Origin: Owenia fusiformis
Taxonomy: Eukaryota
Assembly (NCBI GenBank): GCA_903813345.2
Contig: CAIIXF020000001.1
Coordinates: 37,200,001 to 37,264,000, forward strand
Direction: 5' to 3'
DNA: 64,000 bases
The notes under the pieces were generated by a model. It searched no databases, had not been told where the DNA came from, and was given only the letters and a program-made list of their open reading frames with translations. Of this stretch, positions 51,301 to 64,000 are shown piece by piece (the first letter of the stretch is position 1; each line of letters starts with the position of its first letter). The position numbers and the translations under genes are program-made.

Positions 51301-54300
51301 GACCAGCTGGATTTCTCGACAGCGTGTAACAGTCGTTGCAACTAAAACGTGTGACATCGTATCTATTAAAGCGGTAATGAAATGGCAGTGAAAGTTCTAC
51401 AGTCTAAATTCAAAACTTCAGTCAATCATTGAGCATAAGCACAATATCGAAGAGATATTAATTGGGATGTTAAACGGAATTGCTTCTTCATAATTTCGGC
51501 CAAGCAATATTTTCACACAATTTTGCTGATTAAGGGAGAGGGGTAAAAATCTTGGGGGGGGGGGGGGGGGCGGGCTCCAGCTTCCCCTCCCTTCAACCAT
51601 TAAAAAACGAAGTAGCTCATAGGCCAGTCAGAATGATCGAAAATTGTTTGCATTTTTAAGAAGTTGGCACATCATTTAATGGCAGTACCTGAATGATACA
51701 ATCTCGCCAGGTTTGAATCGTCCTTGTTGATTCGGAGCACTTCCGGAGTCGATTCTCCCATTCTGCGGAGCAACGGGGTACTCACAATCGGGAGCTAAAA
51801 ACACGTTTAGATTAAATTAAAATAAATTCCAGGGTATTTGAGATTCTATTTATGTAGTTTAATCCCCAACCCTTTGGGTTTATCGGCAAAATGAGGAAAT
51901 TTTCGTTTTTATCGAATTTCCGTTATGTTTAATTTATTTTAACCGTCCTCCTCCGTTATTTTAGTCATCCTCTATCTATTGGTACATCGGTCCTGCAGCG
52001 CCAGACCCGGATGCCATTGTGGTGATTCCCTTTCTGAAACCTACCGCCATCTCTAGAAAAGTTGTGATCGTTCTCGATGAAAACCGAAAATGTCCTCGTT
52101 CTGCCGATTAACCCACACGATTGGGGATTCAACGACATTAAAAGAATGTTTCAAATGCATGGAAATTTCTCCTATATTGTAATCAGAAGTTAGAACGAAA
52201 GTTAGAATGTAAGTAATGCCTAGCACATTTGCCCCGATTCATCGGCCGGCGATTTTCCGACATGCCTTGGTCACATTTGCCCCGATTTTCACTACGGCGC
52301 CCGGCCGATTGAGTATTTTGTTCAAAATTGAATACAATATTGAACAAAACACTCAATCGGCCGGGCGCCGGCCGATGGATCGGAGCAAATGTGAACCAGG
52401 TTTAGAGTATTTTGTTTAAAATTGAAGGTCAAATCTCAAAGGATTGGTATCGATATGATGAACTTTTTGACCACTCGTTTCTCTTAAACCAGTCATCAAA
52501 ACATTCTTAAAATTTTACACATCGTAATTAATTGTCCTTGTCTGACCACATTAGAAGAGCAGCTATTATGGGCGTGCACAATACATAGTACTTACCAATG
52601 CAACGGCCTTCAGTACACTTAAGATTTCCACCTCTACAACAATCCTCATCTTCCACACATGGCCCAGTCTCAGGCACACAGCATATACTTTCTTTGCATA
52701 GTAAACTGGTACCCTCTAAACCATCGCAGCATTCCCCCTCTGATCTACAACCTCGTTGCTGGACTTCTTTACATTCTATAGATCTAGGGGTATACGATGC
52801 TTCTGTTGTCACCTCTGTAAATTTTATATTTTTTTGAATATTGAAAATTCATTTTAATAAGCATAAATATTCGAAATAATGTTTAAAAACAACGAACAAC
52901 TTGAGAATAAATAGAAAATCAAGTGGTGCAAAATAACACATAGCGAATATTTGAACACATCGAACAAGGTAAACAAAATATCATCTGTGAAAACCTCAAT
53001 TGAGAATGATAGCATGTCAAATAAGAAAAATAATCAAATCCATGTCAAAACAACAAGTTAGGTGTTTTCTATTTAAACGTTAAACGGTATTCTGCAGTTA
53101 GTGTTACGCGGTATATGGCATACATTCATGGTTGCGCGGTATTTGTGATACGGGTGAATATGTCATACTCACCTGCGGTATATGGCATATTCCGCAGGTT
53201 AGTATGCGATATTCCGCAGTGAATATGCGATACATTGATTTCAGTGAATACCCGATACTAACCTGCGGAATATGTCATACTCACTTGCGGAATGTGCCAT
53301 ATACCGCAGGTGAATATGACATATACCGCAGGTGAAAACGTGATACAGAAAGCCTTGATTTGATTGGTTGCGAGAATCGACTCTAAATGTAAAACTACGC
53401 TGGATTACAAATATAGTTAGTGGGTCGAGTACTAATATATGAATCCTGGATTGATTGAGTAAGTTTATTACTCGGGATTGGTGACTGATACTTCTGCTAA
53501 GTTAATATATTCGATACACAGTACTGTTGATTCAGTAATCATCATAATAATTTATAACGTTTTGCTTGTTCGTTAAATCGATGCAATTGACAATTGCGTA
53601 CTTCCGTATCACGTTCTCATTGGTTAGTGTGTATGCCATATACCGCAGGTGAATCTGTCATACACCGCAAGTGAATATGCCATATTCGTTGCGGAATATG
53701 ACATATTTTTGTATCGTGTTTACCGCGTAACAGTTAGAACGTTAACCTTTTTATAAGCCTGTGTGAAAAGTCAAGCTATCCGATTAGCCCAGATTTCTGT
53801 AGGAATATTTTCAATGTTTCAATTCTATTATTGAAGATAGGATTCATATAGATTCTCATGATCCGGTGTTTATAAAACTTAGGATGTCACAGCGCATGGG
53901 CATAGCTGACCAATAAAATTTAGAACTGAATTAGCATCCAACTCACCACATTCTTGGTTCGAACTTTTGAATCTCTTGGCATTCGATTTTCGATCCAAAG
54001 GTTTAACTAATATACTAGAAGTTCGAACCAGAATGGTACCAAAATATTTAATTAAGATATCAAAATTGCACTTGCAAGATCACTTTTCTATTCAAACAGT
54101 TCGGCGTTCTGAAATTTGCACATTAGCGCTGTGATGCGCGCTGTGATGCGCATGCACGTTGTGTCATTAGTGTGTCATCAAATTTTCTCGAACGATATAG
54201 ACGACCAATTTCCAGATAATAATGAGTGATTTTTAATCATTTTTTAATAATTGTATTAAGATACATGTATTGTCTGATTCCATCGTGTACCGTGCAATAC

Positions 54301-57300
54301 TACAATACTGAAGAAACTACTATGATCAATCGATTTAAAGAATCGTGATCAATTAACCCTAATGTCTGCAACCTTTTTTATAACACTAATTCGCAGGATC
54401 AAATAAGTCCCCCCTCCACAAAGGTCAAATAATAATCTAAGTTTTCTAGAAGTTGTGTACTGTATTACTTTCAAAGATAGCAGACGAAGACTTTCATGAA
54501 AATGTTCATGAAATAAAGCATGATATTGAAAGTTATCTTGTTTCTAATACTGTAGAAAATACAAAGTAATCATTTTTGCTGTATTTGGTAAATAATCATT
54601 TACAGATTGAATTCACTTTCCAATTTTATGAATTTCATTTTTTAAAAAGTGTCATTTATTTGTTGCTCAGGTTAGAAAAATAACAGATGCACAAAAACCT
54701 TGCAAACAGTACTATTGAAAAATGAAGCATATTATATGGTATCCAAAAAACATTTCTTTAGGCTAGCGTGCTCGAGAATACCTTTACAATTTAGCACAAT
54801 GAGAAAATATGACTAAAGAATATAGGGAAATTTAAAGCCTTTTTTATTCTCACTTTCCAACACTACGTTTTGGCGTACATTGTTCCTACGCCACTGGCTT
54901 CCATTTGGCCAGTCAGATGACTTCGATTGTATACATGGTTTTAAGAAACTGTTTGAATAGAACTGTTTCAATAGAATGATAAAAAGTTCGAATAAGAAAA
55001 ACGTTTTAATAGGTTCGAACTGCAGAATACCGTTCAAAGTAAGAATGCAAAAAATTAAAACTTCAAACAAGAAAAATGAACAAAAGTTTATTCATAAAAG
55101 TTCATGTACTATATAGAACATTGAGTTTGGCGTATTAATTTCTTTATTCGACACACAATATTTTTCTTGGAGTTCTCAACATTTTCTTTGAATTATTTTT
55201 GAATCTGAACTGATTTTTTCTTTATTTGAAGTTTTGAAAAATATGCTTTGATTTAATTTTTTAAGATTTGATAAATTTGTTGGTGTTTTAAACAACATTT
55301 TGAATGATCAAAATATATCATAATGTAAAAGTAACCAGCTGGACTTGCGCTGGACGCATTTTTGCGATTTTTCAAAGGGAACGCGAAAAAGTAAACCCCT
55401 TGCGTTTCCTATGACGCACATTTTTCAGTTCAAATTCTTAGATTGAAAAAATAAACAAAATTGAATTGCCCGTATTCCTGCTTCAAATGTTCATGCAATG
55501 TTCGTGCAATGTTCATTTGAAATACTAAATGCAGTTTTTAAAAAGGAATAGCAAACTTTTGCAATAGCTAAAACCTGCACATCGCTCTAGCATGAAATCT
55601 TACGTTGTTCAACTGTAAGATTCTGAGCTTTAATAAAAGATTATACAATAGTGAGCAAATGGGGCTAATCTTGTGTAAAAATACTCACGATATACGTGTC
55701 ATTATGCGGATTGGTATTTGAGATGCTTCGATTGTCACCGACGATGGTTGGAGACTCCAGAAGAGTTTCCCAAAAGATGGCCATTATAACATTTTACCCT
55801 GTATCTTATTAACGACTAGTATCCAAGCCTAGTGCAACATACCACAGTGTTCGGGAGAGACTCGCCTAGCCTGCTATAACAATCTTACCATGGTTTGTCG
55901 AATATTTGAGATAAATAAACTTGAAGACACTAACCCCCTCTACCAAGGTCAAAATCACTCCACCGCCAGCTTAAATTGAGATTTTCCACTGAACTTTGAC
56001 ATGCGTTCAGATAAATTAGGACCAACCTCATAAATATTTAGTCCCGATTCACTTCCCAAACGCCAGATGCCGCTCTAATGGGGTAGGGAAGTAGAAAAAT
56101 GACTTTTTATACAGAAAACCAAATCACTATATTCGATATAATTTTTGGAAGGTTTCTAAATTTAGAACGTGACGTCAATACTGAATTAGAACGTTTTATA
56201 GCAAAATGATTGTGCTTTGCTATTACGCAGAAAAAAGCTTTTAGCCACGCCAACTTTATACTAGAGCTTTAATTATCTTGTTGGCTGTATGAAAATGCAA
56301 AAATACATATTGCGTTTTATAGCGATGTGCAGGTTTAAGTAGAAAAATTCAAAATCAAACAAGCGATATTAAACAATAAAATTAAAAATCGAATAAATAC
56401 GCTATAAATGTAGGTAGCTAAAAATATACTTCAACAAAGGTTCTTTTAAAAATGACATAATGGATTATAGAACACAAATGGATCTTATTCTACATAATTT
56501 ATGATCGACAATGATAATATACTTGTGCAACGAGTGCGATCCTTTGTGAAAAATGATCTCATCTGCACTAGCGTTCGAATTTTTGGAGACTGCGAAAATG
56601 TATATTAACCCTTTCATCCCCTTTGGGTAAAGTGAATAAATCAATCATGCTTTTTCAATAAAAAATGTTTTGACAATTGGTTTGTATTTCAAATCTAAAA
56701 TCCGTGAAAATTTTGTGGCCTTAGCAGCACAACAGTAAACAGCATACATGTAATTATGGTATTTGGACTCCGTGATTATGTTAACATTTTCTCTTTGAAG
56801 TTTCCCCCCAAATTTATTTGCAATCAGGACAATCTACTTTAATCGAATAAAAATATATTTGTGTCATTCTCTATGATCAATTGTGCGAAAAAAAAATTGT
56901 GCGACTTTGCTTTTCTCCTCAGTTTGGGAGGAGTGTGAGGATGTCTGTATGTGAAAATATATGGTTTCCGAATTAAATGCATGTGTGTCAATACAAACTT
57001 GCTGCAATCTTATATTTAAACAGTAATTTTGGATTCTACAAACTAAATACTCAAATGTACACACTATTTTCAAGTATAAAATCTAATTTCTACCAAAAAT
57101 AAAAATCCTGACGCATTTTGTAGCAAATGGGGTCACCGCACTTAAAAACACTTATCTCAGCCAATCTGATTTCAAACTCTTAAAGTCCCCGATAAATCGG
57201 GCTACGTATACCGCCGTGTCTACATTAGGGGATTAGAAGAGTTTATTTTTTATTTAGGTATGCAAGCTACGTATATAAATATTAGGCCTTCATTCATGTA

Positions 57301-60300
57301 CTCGTGTGCATGTAATCAGCATGCCCTTCAATAATATGTAAACCAGGCTATTCAAGTACTGTATAATGTACACTATTTATGTGTGTACTACATACAATAC
57401 AATTCCCTGGGAAACAAAACACAAATACTTTTTATATGTTCAAAATGAGCCATTTGATTGATGCAAACACTAAATAGCTTCATAAATAACATCTACAAAG
57501 TATATCTAATAGTAATTTTCAATTTCAATGGTGAAACTTCCCTGGTTACGATTATATGGAAAATCATCACGAGACGAAGATCGTTCGCCTTCCTGGCTTA
57601 CCTCTGTATCGTGTACCTGGTAATCTCTTCATATAGTTTAGCGAGAGCGGTGCGCCTGCGCAGTTTTAAACTTTGGCGCACACTTTAATGTTTTCCAAAG
57701 TATAAATTGACACTAAATTAGCTATTGTTAACCTAAACATAATCCATTCTGCATCATAGGGATCCCTTGGGGATGTAAAGGTTAATATCTACATGTATTT
57801 CTACATTCACCAAAAGTCGAATGGAGATCTGATTTCTAACGCGGACACTCTCAGCTTTTCAACAATGTATTGGTTCATTATATAATGCAGATTTGGGCCC
57901 TAGTATGCACTACTAATAGTACCTTTCAATTCAGCAGCAGATTGTTTGCAATTTTTATCATAAGTTCTGCATAGGTTAAACCGTGTAGAGTTGTTCTTGA
58001 ATCTCTTCATGTAACGCTTGGGGACAGAGCCCCCAATTTCACACCTCCTATGTGACCAATTACGACGAGCCGTACAGAAATAGTAATGGCAATTACTTTC
58101 ATCGTCTGGAGTAAATTCTCCATATCTGTTATCGGTGCACTCTAAAAGAAAAATATTAAAGGGTTATTAAACTATTCTTCTGTCAATTAGATGTCTTTCA
58201 TCAGCTCAAGCGATGCACGTAGTTTTCCACGTGCACACTATTTGGTTATTTGTTCGACATTGATGACCTCAATTAACATTTAGTTCTGTCTATATGGAGA
58301 GGAATACTTTGATTTCGTAAGATAGGTCGATAAGTGTGTACTATTTAAAAATACTTTTTATATTTTCTCCCAATTGTAACAAGATTGTATAACATCCACA
58401 TGAAGATATCGGAACATCTCATTAAAACGAGACTTCAACGTGATTTAAAGCTGCGAAGTCTATATTGTGTGTTTGGTATAATTAATTTCCAGTGTTGATT
58501 TGAATTATCATCAATCTTTTTGAAAATCAATAATTACGTTTTTCTTCTTCTAAATAACATGAAGTGACTCATGTTTAATGTTCCCATTTTTATAAGCTTG
58601 TCAGTTAGCAAGATTTTCTCATTGATTTTATTCAATGAATGTACACATTGTCTTTTGATTGTAGTGCACCATCAAATTGTAATGTTTTTGTTTTATGTAG
58701 AGGGTGACCAACTAAAACTCTCACCTCTTATTCTTATTATGAAGGAATCTTCATGTACTTTTCTGAATGTATAGTGTTCAATTTATATTTAGCATTGGCT
58801 TATTAACACAAATCAGTTCATCATTTTAAATTGTTTAAGAAAAATTATTAGAAATTACAATATCCTACACAAGGTTGTGATAGTTACTTTGACCCGTAAT
58901 TTGAAAACTCTGTACTATTTGTTATTTGATTCCCGTGAAGTCCCACGAGGTCCCAGGTAATGTTAAGTCTATGGAGGTCCACCGTGCCCCATTGGTGTGT
59001 GTTGGGCTTTAGTCTATGGGGTACCACCGTGACTCGTCTGTGTATGTTTGTCTTAAAGCTATGCATCACCAATTTGATTTTATAAAATCAGAACTAAGAA
59101 TTGTTCCAAGAATTGAATTTTATTGATTGTCCTATTGAGCATTCTGTCAAAGTAGACCTAATTTTATTGTACTTTTTTTTTTCTTAATACCATTGATTTT
59201 GATTCCAAATGAGCTTTACTAGTGTTTCTCTTTCCACATGGAAATCCTTTTGAATCGGTCTTTTTTATGATCGAAGTATTTCCGATTATGGGAGAAAATA
59301 CCGCCGGCCTTTTGTCGGTCTGAACAAGATTTTTAGATCTTTCTCATCTTGATCGGTCTGGACAGGTATTTTATAAAAAATCCGATGAAATCCCATAAAG
59401 TCCGACGAAGTCCTCTTCGAAAAGACCGCCGATCTTTTTGTAGATCTTTTTGTAGAATGAGCAGTTCCATTATTTCACCAGTCTCCATCGGACATTATTT
59501 TAATCTGATCATCTTATACTTCCATGACAATTAGAAAACACGGGTAAAACGGGGGTAAAACCGAGATTGGACGATAATTTGTGAAAAATTGTGCATCGTC
59601 TTTTTTGTATATAGGAATACCTTTTGCTATTTTAAGTCGATCTGGGAAAATTCCGCTTTTAAGAGATAAATTAAAGATATGTAAAAGAGGATGGTGAAAT
59701 AACAATCCACAATCCTCAATGATAAAGGTTTAAAAGCATCATGTCCTGCTGCAGAGGGTTTTAAGTTGGTTATTATTTTATTCAATTCATTTGCTTAAAC
59801 AGTATCTAGCAAAAGAGTTAAAGCTTGTCTCCCTATATTGCATAAAGTCCAAAGAATTTTTATTTGAATTTGGTATTTTACTCGCTAATGTTTAGATTTT
59901 TTTAGCTAATCAATTATCAATTTACTAACTTCTTACTTTTTTGTTTATCAGTTAATTCAACATTATTTTGAATAAAAGAATTTCAAATATTTAATCATTT
60001 TTATTTTTCCTCTGAAGTATCTCATTAATTATTTTGCCAATTTGCCTTTATGTTTCCCTGATAATGTGCAACTTTTTAATTGTAATACTGTTTTTGAGAC
60101 AATTTTATTGTGGTTTTTAATTGATTTGCGAAAGATTTATAATGCTTTTTATTTTGATCGTTGGGATCTCGGAGGTATTTTTTGTTGAGTTTGCTTTTAT
60201 TTCTAATTGATTTAAGTATTGTTGATGTTAACCATGGAACCTAACCGGCTCAAGAACGACTCCCAGAGTTGTTGTTTTTCGAGTCTTATTTTGTGATAGT

Positions 60301-61186
60301 GCCAATTTGATAATTTTCAAACAATAAATATATGCTGAAATGCTTAATTTCCAGGGATTGACCCTCGATTATACTCACAAGTGACACTATGCTATAATTA
60401 TTCTCGATTAACACCGTCACTCAGTTGCCAAATCTGATGAATTTGAAAACAAGAGTGGTTTTCGCGAGTTTTGATCTCAGCCAGCGTCGAAAAGTTGGTC
60501 CAACCAAAGAGCCAAAGACCAATATGTTTTATATGGACCAGAATCAATTTTTAGTTCTGGCCATATTTGGCGAATAGGCGCTCGATATTCCCGTGAAACA
60601 TTAAGCAAGTTTGGAAAGGTATGCCTAAATACTAAGAATACAAAGTGAAGCGGTATGATCATCAAAATGGAAAGATAATATTTCTAACATTTATGTTATA
60701 TGTTATAAATATATATTCGCTTGTGATTAAGACCTTACAATTGTAAAGTACGAAGCAGTAATCATGACTCTCGCGAAGAAATAATTATTGTTTATATTTC
60801 TTATTTCAAAGGAAGAAACAGTTGGTTGGTGAAGCTAGTCAAGTTTCAAAGAAAATGGAGAAATTGATCTCCCGATAAATTCTCGCAAGTAATAAATGTG
60901 GTTTTCATATTTATAGAAAAATGATCTACTTTATTTTGAAATAAACAAGTATACACTTTGAGGATTTTTAGAAAAAGACATAATAAGGAATTATATGAGC
61001 CCAATAAACAATTTTTGTCAAGAGTGCTCCGACTACTACTTTCTAAATCTGATACTTCCCTTAACAGATGCAATGAGATTGGAGTTCTTAAATGTACTTA
61101 CCAAAGTTAGGAAAGTCAGCATTACAAAAAGTGATGTAAAATTCACAAATTATATGTACGAATACTAATCCAATATATATTTCCAT
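39340..61186 (-). CDS. Paralog C: secreted SP-CBM14-like-ICKx2-CCPx2-ICK-VWA protein, 9 exons, ~565 aa
   Basis: Exons 61186-61102, 58141-57923, 52814-52596, 51794-51689, 51341-51235, 51034-50843, 50132-50043, 49957-49559, 39620-39340 (sum 1698 nt, open frame, GT-AG). Intron phases are identical to gene B, and exons 4 and 5 have identical lengths (106/107 nt). N-terminus MEIYIGLVFVHIICEFYITFCNA. AATAAA on the minus strand at 39296-39301. Confidence 0.9.
39717..40184. mobile_element. CACCCC-family MITE copy 3
   Basis: Full-length copy with flanks TAA/TTA, in gene C intron 8. Confidence 0.85.
42740..42950. repeat. Purine-rich degenerate microsatellite (AGAGC/AGAC/GGCA)
   Basis: Low-complexity tract seen directly in the sequence. 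Confidence 0.7.
44038..44503. mobile_element. CACCCC-family MITE copy 4
   Basis: Full-length copy with flanks TTA/TAA, in gene C intron 8. Confidence 0.85.
45710..46320. mobile_element. MITE with ~110-bp TIRs; partial copy at ~40575-40665
   Basis: cgcgagttgtttgtagaatgaat...gagattgc versus gcaatctt...attcattctacaaacaactcgcg. Confidence 0.7.
46409..48012. mobile_element. Non-autonomous hAT-like element with 5-bp TSD and internal tandem repeats
   Basis: GAACC|cagggccgtcaga...tcttacgggcctg|GAACC (11/13 TIR match); repeated aaagtgcccagaaagcaccaaatag blocks inside. Confidence 0.7.
48030..48190. repeat. Degenerate (GTAG/ATAG)n microsatellite
   Basis: Seen directly in the sequence. Confidence 0.75.
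49161..49232 (-). repeat. tRNA-derived (SINE-head-like) sequence
   Basis: Minus strand GGTCCCACAACTCAGTGGTAGAGCATTCGCCCGAAAAGCGATGGGTCTCTGGCTCAATCCCCACTAGG has A-box and degenerate B-box motifs, a poor acceptor stem, and a partial repeat at ~49420-49470. Confidence 0.65.
53103..53732. mobile_element. TIR element (tgttacgcggta...taccgcgtaaca) with an internal accgcaggtgaatatg minisatellite; truncated copies at ~41150-41530 and ~44900-45465
   Basis: Three homologous blocks, all within gene C introns. Confidence 0.75.
55573..56334. mobile_element. MITE with acctgcacatcgct TIRs and TTAA-like flanks
   Basis: TAAA|acctgcacatcgct...agcgatgtgcaggt|TTAA. Confidence 0.6.
59520..60200 (-). mobile_element. 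Degraded CR1/L2-type LINE RT fragment
   Basis: IFNLSLKSGIFPDRLKIAKGIPIYKKDD...NYRPISVLP motif. Confidence 0.75.
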
Positions 61187-62829
61187 TTCGGTTTATTTCC
61201 TGTACCTAACGTATCCTTATTGTGCTGATATCTCGTATACTTGTATAGATATTTGACTGAAAGATTTATCAATAAGAAATGACATAACCAATTAACTACA
61301 TATTACGTATGATCAATTACAAATTGAATTGAGTTTTTGAGAGACACGAGTAATTATACAAGTTTCCCGGAAATTCGTAGGGATAAAGAAAAGCTGCCCG
61401 TCCTTTCGGTTGTTCGGGCTATACCCCAAACACAGTGTTGACGGATTCGTTTCAAAGATCCATGTGAGGTATGGCAAGTGATTTTGGACGGTTATCTTTC
61501 ACCACGAATACTTTCTGGCCATATAGAATACAGTGGTTTTTATCAAAACAATATGTTTTCTTTCAAGTGAAGTAGATCTGATTTTTAGTCCCGATCACGA
61601 CAAATGTTTTTCACAGATCGGGATATGATGAATCGAAGTTACACTGTCACGTAATTTTATAGGGCTCGCGGGATATTCACGAAGTCAAACACCTTTATCC
61701 CGTATGAGCACTTTGTAGCACTGAGCTACGGGACAGTCAGGTTTTCAAACCCACTGTCCCGTACCAGCGCTTGGTAAAAAAATTTGCTGCGGGATGAAGT
61801 GATTTCAAAACTTGACTAATGCTGATCAAAGTATATGCTATCAAGCCATCACATACATGTATCTCTATGTAATTACCATACTATATTAACCCTTGCAAAA
61901 AATTCCATTTTTCATCTTTGTACTGAATTATATCAACATCAGTCTTTTATCTTTGAAATGTTGCTAAAGTTTATTGGGAGGGGTGGCATGTACACACTTG
62001 ATTCAAAATGCTATTGTTTGTGTGTGAGGGGGGGGGGGGCATCTCCAGAGTTGACTCACATCATGGTCTATAAGAATCACAACTGTCACAAATCATCATT
62101 CCATCTGGTATCATTTAAATATCCTTGAATATGATTTGCAGTATGTACATAAATCCTTGTGTGCCATCCTGTATCATATATTATGCCTATTGTTAATGTT
62201 GCATATGTCTTTTTATTTTTTAATCAGCTAATATATATGTATATAAACACTGGTGAAGTAATGTGGTCATTCCTCAAGCCCTCCATATCATTTATCATCC
62301 TAATTGTTCATATGTCAACAGCTCCTTCCAGTGAATTAAATAAAAGTTGTTCTTCACGATAAATACCGGTGAAGTATTGTGGCAATTCCACATGCAATCT
62401 GTTTTTCCATCTATTCCCTGCTGTTATTCCACCATATTCTATCTATATGTTTTTGACATGCTGATTACCCATGCCATACATCCTGAAATAAGCAAATAAT
62501 ATTTAAATTATTTTCTTTTCTGTATTGTGCCTTTTGTTCATTTATCATTCACTTATGTCCAGTAAATTGAATAAAGTACTAGAAATATGCAAACTCCATA
62601 GCGCAGCAAATGCCAAAGAACACTAAATTCATGAATCTGTATGCCACAACATAATATTTATCATCTACCTTACCCTTGATTTGCAAATATAAAAAAAACA
62701 TTAAAATGTTGCATGTATATCAGAATAATCACCAATTCAAGTATTTGGGTGACCATTTGTATTAGATCATTGGTGTGGCGGGGGGGGGGGGGGGGAGGCA
62801 CGATGGGTGCAAACCCTCTTCCCCATAAC

Positions 62830-64000
62830 CAATAACAAAATGGCTCCATTACTTTTCGAGTAAGAATAAAAAGAGTAAAAAATGGTGGTCATTTTGAAAA
62901 ATGGCTGCCTTTTACCCAAAGTGTCATTTGACAGTGTGCCATGCTTATAGTATTCACATATAAAATATGAACAAAATTGCTCTACTACTTTTTGAGTTAT
63001 AGTAAAAAATGTAAAAATGGTCGCCATTTTTCAAAATGGTCGCCAACTACCCAAAGCGTCATTAGACAGTGTGCCATGCTTATAGTATTCACATATAAAA
63101 TATGAACAAAATCGCTCTACTACTTTTTGAGTTATAGTAAAAAATGTAAAAATGGTCACCATGTTTCAAAATGGTTGCTCACTACCCAAAGTGTCATTAG
63201 ACAGTGTGCCATGCTTATAGTATTCCTATATAAAATATGAACAAAATCGCTCTACTACTTTTTGAGTCAGTTTAGTAAAAAATGTAAAAATGGTCGCCAT
63301 TTTTCAAAATGGTCGCCTACTACCCAAAGTGTCATTAGACAGTGTGCCATGCTTATAGTATTCACATATAAAATATGAACAAAATCGCTCTACTACTTTT
63401 TGAGTTAAAGTAAAAAATGTAAAAATGGTCGCCATTTTTCAAAATGGTCGCCTACTACCCAAAGTGTCATTAGACAGTGTGCCATGCTTATAGTATTCAC
63501 ATATAAAATATGAACAAAATCGCTCTACTACTTTTTGAGTCAGTATAGTAAAAAATGTAAAAATGGTCGCCATTTTTCAAAATGGTCGCCTACTACCCAA
63601 AGTGTCATTAGACAGTGTGCCATGCTTATAGTATTCACATATAAAATATGAACAAAATCGCTCTACTACTTTTTGAGCTATAGTAAAAAATGTAAAAATG
63701 GTCGCCATTTTTCAAAATGGCCGCCTTCTACCAAAAGTGTCATTTGACAGTGTGCCATGCTTATAGTATTCACATATAAAATATGAACAAAATCGCTCTA
63801 CTACTTTTTGAGTTATAGTAAAAAATGTAAAAATGGTCGCCATTTTTCAAAATGGCCGCCTTCTACCAAAAGTGTCATTAGACAGTGTGCCATGCTTATA
63901 GTATTCACATACCAAATATGAACAAAAACCCTCCACTACGTTTTGAGGTACAGTAAAAACCATTAAAATGGCAGCCATATTGAAAAATGGCAGCCTTCCA
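62830..64000. repeat. Homogeneous tandem array, 135/138-bp unit, about 8 copies
   Basis: The g(t/c)gtcatt anchor occurs at 62921, 63056, 63191, 63329, 63464, 63602, 63737 and 63872; a related monomer lies at ~40400-40550. Confidence 0.95.

Noticed and set aside
61835..62490. Coding exon(s) upstream of gene C
   Set aside because: An acceptor-like site exists at ~62487, but all frames contain stops and no recognisable motif.
62830..64000. CRISPR-like array
   Set aside because: Units are near-identical over their whole length, with no unique spacers and no cas genes; the context is eukaryotic.

Overview
AT-rich eukaryotic DNA with spliceosomal GT-AG introns. The repeat types suggest a marine invertebrate (annelid/mollusc/brachiopod-like), but the taxon is inferred only. 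Manual splicing of the minus strand gives a tandem array of three paralogous multi-exon genes. Gene A is partial (480-2128), gene B spans 5454-14991 (~593 aa) and gene C spans 39340-61186 (~565 aa). They encode secreted mosaic proteins: signal peptide - atypical 6-Cys chitin-binding(CBM14)-like domain - knottin/ICK-like x2 - Sushi/CCP x2 - ICK-like x1-2 - C-terminal VWA with an intact MIDAS. Almost all introns are phase 1, and the number of ICK modules differs between paralogs. The introns and the 24-kb spacer between B and C are filled with nested mobile DNA: Penelope-like and LINE retroelements, Tc1/mariner relics, several MITE families, Helentron-like tandem-repeat elements, a tRNA-derived repeat and satellites. 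All domain calls come from reading motifs by eye; no database search was run.
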